This document shows, piece by piece, positions 51,372-64,000 of a DNA stretch of 64,000 bases. Both the position numbers and the translations under genes were made by a program. The notes beneath the pieces are model-generated. The model searched no databases, was not told the origin of the DNA, and saw nothing but the letters and a program-made list of their open reading frames with translations. Source of the DNA: Klebsormidium nitens (taxonomy: Eukaryota > Plantae > Klebsormidiophyceae); contig DF237238.1 of NCBI GenBank assembly GCA_000708835.1, positions 47,570-111,569 of the forward strand. The letters are read 5' to 3'. Each line of letters starts with the position of its first letter. Within the stretch, counting starts at the first letter, position 1.

Positions 51372-54300
51372 TTACTCCGCCTTTACATAACTAGGGTCTC
51401 GAACGATGTTTCCTGAATCAACCTGCGCAATGATGTTCGTCATGACCTTGAATCCCCCTTCAAAGTCTTCTAGCAGTGCGTACTCGTTCTTGGCATGATA
51501 CGTCGACATCACCCCATACCCCATCGTCTGGACGTCGAACCCTGCGTCCTGCACACACACCCACACGAAGAATGCAGTCAGCTTCAAAGCTCGAAAGCTC
51601 GAGCAGACTGCTGGCCGCTGTGCACAAGCAAGCCTTCTGCAGTACTTCGTGATTGCAAGGGCTCACTTCATCCTGGTGGGCAGACACACTTACTGGATCA
51701 TGGGCGGTTTTAACAGACTGGACCATCGCCGGTTCTGAAATGCGCGCGTCCCTTTACGACTGTTGTGCTAGGTCTTGCCAGCACTTTCGAAGCTCTTTCT
51801 GCCATCAACGAGCACTCAGTATGAGGCCAGAAGATTGCTGCGCTTAAGAATCCGTTACAATCCAGGCGCAGCTGCTTGATTGAGTTTCGAGTCGTTTGAG
51901 GACAAGAGACGTGCCTGAGATTTTGCTGGTTTTTCGCAAAATGCAATCTGAAATATGCGCTCGGGGCTGCATACCTGCAGTTCCCGGATGCAGGGCAGGG
52001 AGCCGGTGATGGAGTACGGCGTTACTTTCCCGAAAACGGCCTTGGTGGCGTTGCACAGCGCGAAGAAGCCGGGCGAGTCCAGCCGGCACGCCACGCCGGA
52101 CATCATCATCTCGTCGAACGACAGCTCCACCCTGCAACGACAGCCCGACGAAGCTCATGTTCTTATCAAAAGTAGCATCGGGGGACCGTACCAGTAGAGT
52201 CAAGGGCTGTCGGTCGCCCACATATAGGACACTCAACCCGAGGTTCCAGAAGGCACGCACTCATTAAGGAATGCTTTTCTCTGACCAGAACGGGACCGAC
52301 AGTGCTTACAAACCCTTCCGGAACCGCCTCCTGATTGAGGCATAATTTCCTGTCGAGCAACCGACCACCCCCGGGTTGTGCAACGCGCGTGATAATCCGG
52401 GGCCTATCAAGCAATGCTCAGACTTTTGACACAATGACAGTGTGTGACAGTGTGACACATTATGTGTGTGTGTGGTGTGTGAGTGCGTGTCTGTGTGACA
52501 CGCCGCGAAAGGAGAACGAGTTGCGGGTGCTGACCTGCCGCGCAGGTTTTCGTCGGGCAGCTCGTACTTGGAGACGGGCCCGTGCGTGGGCAGCTGCCCG
52601 AGGTTGGCGTTGATGTCGTCCACGTACTGCTTGATGCGGGCCACCACCTCCGCCACGCTGCGCACCAAAACGCCGTGTCGTCTTTATAACCAAGATTTGC
52701 GTCAACCCTCTGGGACGTGTGTGCGTTGCCGTCGAGAGCAACGGTCCGGAAAGCAAGGACAGAACAGCAGCGGAATCGAAGCGGCATCTGGGCCTCGTCG
52801 TCTCAAAGCAAACATTGGCGTCAACCCTTTAGGACCTGTGTTGCATTGCCGTCGAGACGAGCAAGCCAGGAAATATGGACGCCAAAGCGATTGCCATAAA
52901 GCGGCATCTGGAGGTCTCTCCGTGGCAGGAAGAATCACAAAATCGTCCTCGATGGGGTGCAAATGACAGACCGTTGTAAAAGACTGCGAATACGGATACT
53001 GCAAACACGGGAGCCGGGCCTGGGGCTGACCGAACGAGCTGACAAAGCCTTTTCGACGTACGTCTTCCTTCGCACGCGGTGCATACCTGTAGAAAGGAGT
53101 CACTCGGATGTCGCCGCAGATGGTCATCTCGCCAGGGATCTGGTTCACGCTGCCGCCAGGGTCTGCGCAACCGCAGCCATGGTCGGTGGTCAGACAAGAA
53201 CTGGTTAACAAGCTTCAAGGAGTGTCGCCTATGTCGGACTCATGCGAAATTCCGAAGCTATTGATCGGCTAACTGGCATTCCAGAGGACATTCGCACAAC
53301 ATTTTTGCGGAATGCTTCGGCGCTGGCAGCGTGTCAAAAGCTCGACAAGGGCTTTTTCGTAGCCACGTGGCACTCACAGGAGACCTGCGTGGGCTTGATG
53401 GTGGAGGGCGTGACAAAGCCGTAGCGCCCCTCCATCGGGTGCACCGGAAAGTCTTGGTAGAAGCGCCGCTGGATCTCCGAAAGCGCCTCGAATCCCAGCT
53501 CGATCGGGTTGATAGCCTGCGCCATAAACGAAGTTATATGAAAACCTCAAAGCAACTCAAATTCCGGACCCACAGCTCGACGTGTTCCAAAACAACCCTG
53601 CTGGTACCTCATTAAGGGACCCTCCTGATAGAGCAGAAACTAGTAAACTTGTGTGCAATAAAGCGTGTCAACGTAATGCTAGCAAATCTTGTTCACCAAC
53701 AAAGGTCTGCAGATTTTCACGACTCTGCTTCGCTGCTCTTCGGACCGTCTACGAGGACCTTGACCAGAAGTATGACACACACACTCCTTTATGGCACTGC
53801 TGACAGCCGGGCCCGCGGCCGGCCAGACGGTGGCTATCACCTTGTGTGCGAGGCCGCTGTGGAAGAGCTTGCCCGTCGCTTTGAGGCGCCAGGCCGCCAT
53901 GCCGCCCGTCCCGATGCACGGCTGCTTGTCAGCCGTATCCACCCAAAACCTGCGCGCAACCCACACAACACAGCAGGGTTGCTCAAACAGGCCACCAGCT
54001 GGAGCCATCTTGAAGTAGAGAAAGCTGGTAAGTGTGAGGCGCAGCTGAGCGCAGACGCCGTCTTCACGGAGCTGCTAATCATGAAAGAAAGATCATGAAA
54101 CAACGAATTTGGTTGGGTAGAAGAAGCCGGAATTCAGCGCAGAGGGCTGTCCCTTGACACTGAGATTCAGGAAAAAGACGGCTTTCAAGGACAGTGCTCG
54201 ATTCCTGGCAAACGGTACAATTCAATCCAAAACCGCCAAGAGATAAGATGCTTGAGATTATCCCAAAACGGAGCAATAAATCAGGCTTCAAATGCGAGAC

Positions 54301-56375
54301 TGCACAGCACTTCAGGGCGCGGCGGCTGCAGGGGCCTCGTTGCTTGGAGGTGGGCGCGCCACTGACGCCCGGCCACAGGAGCCAGGCATCCCTCGCAACC
54401 CCGCACTGCAGCCCCGGACCGTTCAGAGACACGACCCGCTCAACCCTCGGACACAGGCTTTTCAGAGAGGGGAAAAGCCATGAAAAAAGCCCTGGGTGCC
54501 CTTATGAGGGGGCGGGGGGCCCTGTCCCCCCTGGCGGGGGGAGCAAGGCTGGCCAAAACCTGACCACTTTTTAGGGTTTTAGAATGCCAGGCGAGAACGC
54601 CTGCATTGAACCGCGAGGAGGGAAGAGCGCACGGTCGGCCTTTGGCTCACATCATCAGTGCTGGTGGACAACTCGCAGAAAGGGCTGGAAGCAGCACACG
54701 GTTCCAAACCTAGGAGTTTTTACGCGGAGGAGTCTTGGGGCTGACTTGGACACTTTCGAAGGAAAACACGACAGAAACATCCTCACTGGCGATTCTGTAT
54801 AACAGCTTGTTATGTTCGAGTCAAAGGGATCCTGACCTGGGGGGGCATTTGAGCAAAAGTTGCGCAGTCGGGGAAAATCTTCAATCGAAGAGCTGACCTT
54901 TGACTCGCTAGCGTCAATAGCATGATTGCAAGATCGCAGTAAGTGCCGGGTCAATCGTAAAGCAGACTTGAGGCTTTAGATCCTGTCCCGAGCCGTAGGA
55001 TCAGAACCTTTTCGAAGCACTCACAGGGGCCCTCCTTTGAGCTTGTCCAGCAGCCCCTTTGCCACCAAGGCGTCCACACCAATCCCCAGGTCCGTTGCGT
55101 TCTCCTCATTTGCGATGAAGACGCCAACAACAGTTGGCCGCAGCTTCGGCTTCTCAGTACCCAATTGTCTGCAAAAGGAACGATGTTCTGGGGCACAGAA
55201 GGTGGCGGAATTTGGAAGAAAATTGACCGTCAAATGATCTAGAAAAGAGCCATGAGCAACACAGCCTATTATCGGAAATCAAAGAGCACTCACGTCATCA
55301 AGTCTTTCTGGCTGTCTGAGAATTGTGTCAACTTTCAAGCTTTGTTCCGTAGCTCGCCTTTTGTTTGACTCGTCTGTGAGCAAGCAGAAGGTATTCGGCC
55401 ATCTCCCAGCATGATACTGATGAGTGACTTCTAACAAAGAGGGTCATACACACAGGGGCTTTGCAGGGGTGGTGGAGCTCCTGATTGCAAGGGTGGACCA
55501 GAACCTGTAATTGCAGCCCTCCCGATGATTTTACCTTTATTCTGCGGGTACATGTTTCTTATACTTCTCTATGAAGGGGAGTGGCGTTGACATGTCGACT
55601 ATAAACATGTCCCAGCAAAGCCTTAGGAGGAGGAAAAAGCAGCGACTGCCCAGGCAAGCTGTTCGGGCCAGCAAGCAATCCATCCTGACCTGAACAGCTC
55701 CGTCAAGAGCGCCACATGCCCCAGGCAATCAGTGGTGCCCCTCCCTCTGAGCTTGTTGCCCTCAACTGTCAGGGTGAACGGGTCAAAGTCCTGCCACCAC
55801 ATTGAACAAGCTGATCAGCCACTGCAACTTTGCATCACATGTCAGGATCTCCAAACATAATTGGGGACCACTTATCTTGGCCCAGACACTAGCTGTTGAT
55901 GTCAGTGAACCGCTCAGATGAAAGAACAATGGGCAATCTAGGACCAGTGGGCAATTGCCAACACCAATGTACTACAGATGGCGTCCTGCAACGTGAGCAG
56001 ACGCAACAAGCAATTCAACACGTCTCAACTGGCGGCATCAGCGGATGAGCAGTTGTTGCGCACCCAATCTTCCGGGTTCGCAGTCACTACGTCCAGGTGG
56101 CAGCCCACAAACGACATGATTTCGTTCTCGTCTGTCCCCGGGTACTCGACGATGATGTTCCCCCGCCCTTCCGCATAGCTGACATGCTGCACCGACAGCA
56201 CGCCGCCCTCCTCAGTGCTCAGTGGCTGAAGCACGTCCAGCACATGGCGCCCCGCACGGTCCTCCTTAGGAATGTAATCAGGGGGGTTGTTCTGCAGGAA
56301 CTTGACCTCCCCAATCAGCTTCCGCAGCAGCTCCACGAACTTGTCCTGGTCCAGGGACAGCGATTCCAGCGCCAT
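51372..56375 (-). CDS. NAOD: Acetylornithine deacetylase (M20/ArgE family, plant NAOD type)
   Basis: Exons approx 56375-56064, 55793-55691, 55177-55032, 53921-53815, 53517-53386, 53165-53095, 52655-52535, 52131-51978, 51549-51372. They encode GCHLDVV, GRGTTDCLGHVAL, FIANEE, GKLFHSG, PGGSVNQIPG, PYSITGSLPCIRELQ and GYGVMSTYHAKNE. Confidence 0.92.
52699..52911. repeat. Degenerate 119-bp direct duplication in a NAOD intron
   Basis: gcgtcaaccct..ggac.tgtg..ttgccgtcgaga...aagcggcatctgg recurs at 52699/52818 and 52780/52899 (period 119). Confidence 0.75.
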
Positions 56376-56814
56376 GCTTGCAGGGAAGACTCCGAAGAGC
56401 GTTCTTCTCTAACGAAAGCGTCTGTCGATCGAGCAAAATAGATTTTGCACGTAAATAGAGGTAACTTCCACGACGGAAATTGACCAGATTTTAATGTAGG
56501 TATATTTAGATGCCGCCCGGAGAGCTAGCAAACCCATGAGCAAAGAAGCCTACAGGTAGCTCATGGCGGACGGTCAACCGGGCTCATGAGTCAAAACTGC
56601 GCATAATACGAGAGATTTATAGGCATCAAATGCCAACCTTTGCCGTGTGGCAATCCGAAGCCTGAGGAATGATATTAATCACCCTTAAAAATTCGCAGCA
56701 AGAAGACAAGAGAAGTGGTTGCATTGAGCTACCTACTTGCATCAAATTGGCTGAGCAGCGCTCCATTCAAGCCTTTCTCTGCAGTCACAACGTGCTGACC
56801 AGTCTCTTTTTGCA

Positions 56815-58621
56815 ATGGTGGCGGTCGCGTGCACTGCGTCCCGAGGCGTTTGGGCTGCCAACAGCTTACACAACCTGCAATGCTGCGACCACCGGTCTGA
56901 TCAGATCAGGTCTTCAACTGAGGTCGAGCTTAGGAAAGTTGCCAGGTCCCATCAAAGCCCAAATCGCTCAATCTCGTCTCCTTTCAATGGCCTTCCGTTC
57001 CTATCTTCGACGGGCACTCTTTCAGGTTACGGAGACTTGAGAGCCAGCTCACAAAGGTATAAGCTCAGGAAAGGCAGTGTCACCCCAATCAACGCCAGTG
57101 TGGACAGTGGGGCAGAGGCAGACGCTGTATCTGAGAGACCGCACGCGGTGACAAAGCGCTCACTGGCGCTACTAGGATTGGCAGCAGCGGGGCTGCTTGC
57201 CGCAAACGAGCCCTCTGCTCGGGCGGAGGAAGCTGAGGCCGCGAGCGCTGAATCTCCCAAGGTGACGCTTTTGCATTGTTCCTGATCTCCATCTGTTCAA
57301 TGCAGGTACAACGCAGGCTGGCCTTTCTGTCTCCTGGCCCACTTAGAACCCGCAATCCTGCCAACATGAAGTTGCGGAAGTTTGTCAATGGAGAGGTTTC
57401 CAACGGTGCGTCAAAAGATTGAACGCTCTGCTGGTTGACACAGGTGACATCAAGAGTGTTCCTTGACATCAGCGTTGATGGTGAGCCGGCGGGGCGTGTG
57501 GTGCTCGGGCTGTTTGGAGAGGCCGTGCCACGCACAGCAGAGAATTTCCGAGTGCTGGCGACCGGGGAGAAGGGCTTCGGCTACAAGAACAGCACCTTCC
57601 ACCGCATCATCAAGAACTTTGTGGTCCAGGTAGGTGGGGCAGATGGCAGCGGTGGGGGTGGTGGGGTCTGCGCAACCCAGAACTGGCTCTTGGAGCAGGG
57701 CAGTGCAACCGCTCGACTGGTTAGGATGCACAAGTTGCCCCATCAATTCTGGGGATCATGGATTATACTAGAGTCGTTTATAGCCCGTTGATTAGAGACA
57801 GTGAGCCTTCCAGACGTTTCTGCGGGACGCTATTGCATACGTCTGCATCCTGCACGAGGTTGAAAGTCTGCCTTTGAGTAGTTGACTCTGACAGTGCGAC
57901 ACTTGAACAGCAGTGGCCGTGCTTCACAGGCAATCTGTCAATCTGTCGACCAATCGTTTGGACCGATCAGCTCTGATTCAGCAGGAGCGAGACGCAGTGC
58001 ACGGCCTTAGTGCTTAACCAAGCCCATTCCTAAAGCTACCGTAGGACTGTGCTGATTAGTTCCTGCCCACATCCGCAGGGGGGCGACTTCGAGTTTGGCA
58101 ACGGTCTCGGTGGCAAGAGTATCTACGGCTGGAAGTTCAAGGACGAAAACTTCAGCGTGCGGCACAGCTCCCCAGGGATGCTCTCGATGGCCAACTCGGG
58201 ACCAAACACAAACGGCTCGCAAGTAAGCCTGCCACTCTATGCCACACGGTTGTCAGCTCCGACTGGGCTTTGATGTATCATTGTTGGCAGAGGAAGAGTG
58301 TTTGGCCAGTTCACGATTTATGATAAAGTTCGGGCAATTATGTCCAAGAAAGAAAGGGCACGTCGTCACCCAACGGTCTGCTTTTCGCACTGTCAATTGC
58401 TGATCGACCTGCTTGCGATGTACTTATGCTGGACTGAGCTTCGTTTGGTGCAGTTCTTCATCACGTTGAAACCGACTCCCTGGTTGGACGGGCGCCATGT
58501 CGTGTTTGGAAAGGTACTGGAAGGTATGGACATAGTCCGAAAGATGGAAGACGTACCCACCAGTTCGCCGTTCTATGCGCCCCCATACCGAGTAGCCATC
58601 GTCAATTGTGGAGAGCTCTAG
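56815..58621 (+). CDS. CYP20-2: Thylakoid-lumen single-domain cyclophilin (PPIase), CYP20-2/TLP20-like
   Basis: Exons approx 56815-57261, 57445-57630, 58079-58222, 58454-58621. Bipartite transit peptide ([20 protein letters not shown]|E); core motifs [59 protein letters not shown]. The paralog name is the best fit, not certain. Confidence 0.9.
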
Positions 58622-59609
58622 TTGGCTGTTTAAAAAGCTCTAACCTCCACGCCGAAAACGATTGATGTGGCGCTGAGCCTGTTGCCAGAGTACACTCTGT
58701 TTTCCCTCCATGAAATAAGCTTTCTTTGCACAACATCTGGTGCTTCGTGGCTATGTACAACGATTAAATTGGGCACCAAATGCGGCCTTGTCAACCATGC
58801 TCCTGCAGCCGCCCTCGTTGTCGTGTGGGTACTCATGGGCTAGACCTTATCGCGACTGATGCCTGTCCTGCAGTGTAACAAGTCATCCGAAATTAACATG
58901 CAGGCTAAAGATTCTTAGGCGCCCGAAATCAGATCCACGTACTGAGTGTTATTGGAAGATCCTGCATGCATGATCAACTCGACTTGAAATAGCTCAGCAT
59001 ACTTCAGGTATAGGAGCGGCTCGACTTAGTGAAAGCATTCATATGGCGGTTTGCGCATGACTCCCAAATTCTGCGGACAGGTTTGTCAGGGACACATGCA
59101 AGACGGACGTGACTATACCGCGAACCAGCGCGTTTGATTTCGTCAGGTTCGACGCCAAACAATTAATTATATGAAACATCTGCGGATTTCGGCACCCATA
59201 GCGTTACCTGCTAAATAAGACTATTATCGGACCGCCCAAAATGGTTTCCAGCGAAATTCGTCAGGCCAATTAAACAATTATTTAATAGTTGACGAAATTA
59301 AACGCTGGTACGGTATATTGCACCGTTCACATACAACATGTGCGAAGAATATGTACAGAGAACGCTGCGTATGCAGCTGCCATATGATTGATTTGCTCAT
59401 GGCGGGAATGGAAGGTAGGACGAGAAGATGAACTAGCTGCTACAAAGATTGCTGACTCAAAGGTGCAGAACTATATACGTTGAAGTTGACGTTGCAACTC
59501 GAGGCAGAAGTAGCTACAGCTGGTGACTTTTTGGGAATCCGGGAATGGTACAAAAGGGAACATCCTTGTCAAACACGAGAGGAATCACATGAAGCGTCGA
59601 AGATATAAA

Positions 59610-62566
59610 TCACCATCGGCTGTCACTTGTCCTGTTCTGCTTCGCGCCAAAGTTTTCACCCCTGCTCCCATCATTTCTAGCATGAGGAGGGACGTATGTT
59701 CCCCTTCTAGGCCCGGTTGCCCCTTCTTTTATCGACGGCTCTCCAGGCCCCCTATCATTCTGCCCGCGCTCCCCTGCTGGAGGTCTACTCGGCCCTGCTT
59801 CCTGCCTATTCCATCTGTCGGTCGACGCACTGTCTCGGTGCCCATTCTCGTACCCCCTCCGCTCTCCACCACCCCCCGTTGCACCGCCACCGTTCTGGTA
59901 CCGCGAGCTGGACGGGCCCCTCCCCGATTGCTCCCGGAAGCCCCGCCCGTGCTGCCGTGCGGAACTGAGCCCGAAGGTGCCCGGAAAGCGCCGCTTGAGG
60001 GCCTCCAGCTGGACCGCCCACACCGGCTCGTACAAGCGCTGCACGTTGGTGCCAAAGCGGTCTACCATCTCCGCTATGCTGGCAGTTCCGGGCACGTCCA
60101 GGCAGTCCACGCGCGTCTGCGCTTTGAGCGTATCGAGCACCGCGCACAGCTGGTCGAGCACGCCGTGCTGCCGCTCCAGTGCGGGGTCGTAGCCCTGGAA
60201 GACCATGCGGAATGTGCCACGGTGCGCGTGCATGACGCGCACCTTGGCGCTGTGCGCGCGCTGGAAGAGGCAGCGCAGCAGGCAGATGGTGCTGCAGTTG
60301 ATGACGTTGCCGTTGCAGTTGACCGTCAGCATCAGCGTGCCGCCCGGGGCCAGGTTGTTCAGGGCGATGATCATCTGCACGCGGGCAAGGAGGGACCTGG
60401 CGATGGGTCTAGAGGGGCGGCAGATGTCGGGTTTGCTCAACTGTCTGGTTATGAGCCGTCTCTGCGCCTGTTCGTGCTTCGTTACTACAGCCCCTCCTCA
60501 TCTCGTGCTGCCATAATCGAAGAAGAGTTACACTTTGGGCCGTGCCTAGCTTTCTCACCGCCTGAAGTTCAGCACAAACGAAAGGTGATGAGATGGGGAC
60601 AGCCCTTCCGACCTGCTGTTGAAGCTTGAAAGTCGGAAAAGCCATCAATTTTCGACCCCAGTACTCATAGGGCTTGATTCGAAAGGCCTCTCCTCCGAGT
60701 TACCAGAGGCAAGGTTCAAGCTTCATGTGTGGGCTTGTTAAGGCCCGATCAGACAGGCGCTTCGAAGCTGAGCGTCCAGCACAACCAACAATCTCGATGG
60801 TTTCCCCTTGATGTGCTCGACTTGCCTGTGCCACCAAGAGGGCGTCGAACCCGATGCTATGATCGGTGAACTTGGGGGGCTGCTCCACAGGCAGTTCCCG
60901 ACCCTCAGCCCGAGCCAACTGCCGGGCAGCCTCAAGACCCTGCAGACAGGGCATTCCCAGGACGTCAACTTTAGGAGCCTGTTGGACCTCCGATAAATTA
61001 GCGCTATATACAGACTTTTATGACTAACGTTCTGACGGACGTGAATGTAATTGAGAGATGGACGACTTGGGCTGGCAGTCAAGCAAAACAAAATCGAGCC
61101 CCTCAGAATAGGAACTTTGTCTACGAAATCGCAAGGCACCTATCTGACCTGCGATGCCAGCCAGGGTTTGTTGCCCTGGTACATGCCCCCCATGATTACA
61201 AAGTCGGCCCCGTTCTTCGCCAGCAGCTCGCTGTCCTTCCGGAACGCCTTGGGGGGGGAGAACTTGATGTCTAGGGGGGAGTCAATGATGTCCTGGTACA
61301 TGCAATGAAACCTGCCAGGAAATGCACTTTTCTGTGGCCTTCTGACATATGGAGCGGACTGCCAAAAACCTGCAGCTCAGGTGATTACTGATTCGAAATG
61401 GGACATGGACAAAGGCTGCCGGGGTCTACTACCACAAGCAACGCTTGAGTCACCCCGTCTGTCCTTGGAGGTCTTTTGCATTCAAAATCTCCATGATGTC
61501 TGCAATAATTGTCGAGGGGAAGACGCCCGAACCAACATTATCCGAAGGGCAGGGTCCCCGACACTTGATACAAGAAGCATTGAATGTCTGACCTTTTTGT
61601 ATAATGGGGCGACAGGAGTTCTTCAATCATGGGGTGTCCGCCCTGCTCCACAGGCAGCGTGACGCCCATGCCACAAGCAAGCGGCAGAGTCTCCAGAACA
61701 TACTTGGTGAAACCGCCTAGGACAATAGATGAGTACCCTTCAGCTATCAGATATGCGAAGTTGCAAGTGTCTTCATGGGACAAGTCAGATCATTGCATCT
61801 GCAGCGACCAATATTGGTGGCCAATCAAATCTCCTCACATAGGGAGATATAGGTAACTAATCCAGTCACTAAGTTTTATCAAGAATACCAAGCAAAGAGG
61901 CCATGTTACTCTAAGACTGTGCGATTCAAATGATTACACAGGCTATTCCGAGGCAGCTCAATCAGCCGGTCTTAAATCATGGGGCCTAGCCGCGGCAGCT
62001 TTACAACCCACTATCTCAATGTTCAGGTCCACATCACTCACCGGGCGCGCAGCAGATGTCAAAAAACGTTGCAATGGTGCCATCATTGTTCCGGATGAAA
62101 CCACCACAGATGTTGTCAATCTCTGCAAGCACGTCTCTGCGATGACAGAAGGGAACTGATGATAAGGAGATTCCCAATCCTTGTAAGGAAGTAGCGACTG
62201 TGAAAAGACAACATTGGGGCTGCAACGTTAAGCACATGGTGGTGGTGGTGTTGGAAGCTCACATTGAGGCCCCGAGACTGAAAGCATGTGACTGAAAGCC
62301 ATGAAGTGGCTGAAACAAACTGCACTGAATTGATCAGCATCAGAAGGTAGAGACACGTGGTGGCTTCACCTGAACTGTTGTGCGTGCCGATTCATGTTCT
62401 CTGACGAGCAATCTGAGTTTACGGGCCGATTGTTGGAAAAATCCTTGTCATTGTTCTTGTCATTCGCCACCATCTCCTTGGCCTCGCACAACTCCCGGAA
62501 AAGGGGGCTGTTCTCCTTGAAAAAAGTCCAGAAAGGGCCCTTAGCATTCTCCTCATCGTCAGCCAT
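59610..62566 (-). CDS. FtsJ/RrmJ-like SAM-dependent methyltransferase with Arg/Gly-rich tail
   Basis: Phase-consistent exons 62566-62370, 62136-62042, 61716-61593, 61311-61149, 60978-60826 (GC donor), 60467-59610. Spliced motifs FFDICCAPG|GFTKYVL..GMGVTLPVEQGGH (SAM-binding), MYQDII, ADFVIMGG, QRRLITRQ..MIIALNNLAPGGTLM, FGTNVQRLYEPVWAVQLEAL. The 5' end may extend further. Confidence 0.8.
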
Positions 62567-63520
62567 TTGCAATGATGGTGCCCACTGCCGCTCTCAAATC
62601 AAGCTTTTGTTTGGTCGACTGACCTTGAAATTGTCGCAGAAATCTTTCCAAGTTTGAACTTCGCTGGGGCGGCGCGAGGCTACAATCCCACCCAACCCAG
62701 GGTTTTCATCGCGGCCGTCCGTGTCAAGGCCGTCCTTCCGTGCACCGTCGATTCGAGATGTCTTCAAGAGGGATCCCCAGGCATGGCGAGTGCCCGGTTT
62801 GGCCCAAGCTTTGATAAGTTGGTCACCGTCGATGGTCGATGAGGCAAGAATTGACGGTCCCAGACGTTCTGTGCACGGTTATAGCTCGCGGTCGCTTATG
62901 ATCGGTTTGTGAAAGGTTGAGACTGCCAGTCACTGAATCATTCTGGAGCTCACATGGACACATGTGCTGCCACTTCGAAGGAAGAGTCCTCTAGAACTGT
63001 GATATCTCTGCCGCCAGCAGCATTGCGCTAAGGCGTTGCACCAGGGATTGCCAATGTAAGTCTCTATTAGAGCCTGAGAAGTGGACGAAAGTCAAAGTAC
63101 ATGTCAGTGACAGGCTGGAAGGATCATCATTGGCGCCGGGATGGGCAGCGGCATTCTTTGAGTTGCCCGTGATAGTGACTCTAGCACTGCAACTTGTTCA
63201 AGCTAGTCACCGACAGCCAACGATGTTCACTTGTAATGGCCACCATATGGGTGGCCGCCAGCTGTGATGAGCGACGTGTGTTCGGACAAGACAGCTGGTG
63301 AGCTTTTGATTGACCGTCTGCCTTCAGAGCTGCAACTGTCTGGATTCATCATCTGTGCCAGTCAATGCCAAAGTCACGTGTCACAAAGGGCGCGCAGCGG
63401 CAGGTACACGATTTGCCTGTTTCTCTTTTTGAGTAGTATTTGCCAAATCTTGGTACAGCCTGTCAATCACAGGGCGGGGTCGAGAGAAACTCGGTCGGAT
63501 GGCCGTCCATGATGCCCGCC

Positions 63521-63940
63521 CCTGCACATGTGAGGAAGTACCAAGATTTGGGTGTTTCTCTTTTAGACTAGAAATAACCGAATCTTGGTACATCCAATCA
63601 ACTACAAGGGTCCTGGTAGGAAAACCAGTGGGATGGCCGACCCTGCACATGTGAGGAAGTACCAAGATTTGGGGGTTTCTCTTTTAGACTAGTAATAACC
63701 GAATCTTGGTACATCCAATCAACTACAAGGGTCCTGGTAGGAAAACCAGCGGGATGGCCGACCCTGCACATGTGAGGAAGTACTAAGATTTCGGGGTTTC
63801 TCTTTTAGACTAGTAATAACCGAATCTTGGTACATCCAATCAACTACAAGGGTCCTGAGATGGCCGTCCCTGCACATATGAGGAAGTACCCAGGTTTACG
63901 TGTTTCTCTTTTAAGAGAAGTAAGGGTTGAATCTTGGTAC
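63521..63940. repeat. Tandem array, 121-bp unit (~3.6 copies), with internal inverted repeats
   Basis: cctgcacatgtgaggaagtac starts at 63521, 63642, 63763 and 63869 (the third unit is 15 bp shorter and the fourth is diverged). Units contain gtaccaagatt...aatcttggtac and ctggt-aggaaa-accag. Confidence 0.95.
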
Positions 63941-64000
63941 AGTGTGACGTCTGCCCTAAAGCCTCAGCTATAAAGCGGCAATACGACCAGAGAACGAAGC

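Noticed and set aside
54420-54590. Helitron 3' end in a NAOD intron (ggcttttc/gaaaagcc and cccccc/gggggg hairpins)
   Set aside because: No CTRR terminus at the expected distance and no 5' TC boundary found.
59523-60629. 368-aa plus-strand ORF
   Set aside because: Antisense shadow of the GC-rich last exon of the methyltransferase; no recognisable motifs.
63521-63940. Tandem array as a CRISPR array or hammerhead ribozyme repeat
   Set aside because: No unique spacers, a eukaryotic context, and no CUGAUGA core on either strand.

Overview
Intron-rich eukaryotic genomic DNA with GC-rich exons and plant-type genes (SDG2/ATXR3, UTr7, an RLK/Pelle kinase, a thylakoid cyclophilin). It most likely comes from a streptophyte green alga of the Klebsormidium type; this is inference, not a database match. 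Host genes in order: the 3' part of an ATXR3/SDG2 SET methyltransferase (+), a UTr7-like nucleotide-sugar transporter (-), a tail-anchored coiled-coil golgin-like protein (+), a four-module Cys-rich, Pro-stalked, probably GPI-anchored surface protein (-), a receptor-like kinase (+), acetylornithine deacetylase (-), a lumen-targeted cyclophilin (+), and an FtsJ-like SAM methyltransferase resembling a family I know mainly from fungi (-). The main accessory feature is a ~13-kb DNA transposon (27735-40696) with 169-bp inverted repeats that are identical as far as I can read. It encodes a spliced CxC3-KDZ (Kyakuja/Dileera/Zisupton group) transposase with an intact D-D-E core and one in-frame stop, plus two opposite-strand cargo genes (a Cys4 zinc-ribbon plus SAM-like protein, and a degenerate gene with a UIM-like motif). 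Foldback MITEs lie on both sides of it. Also present: a PIF/Harbinger-like MITE spanning the assembly gap and a 121-bp tandem array with internal hairpins at the window end. Exon coordinates were read by eye from splice signals and are approximate.
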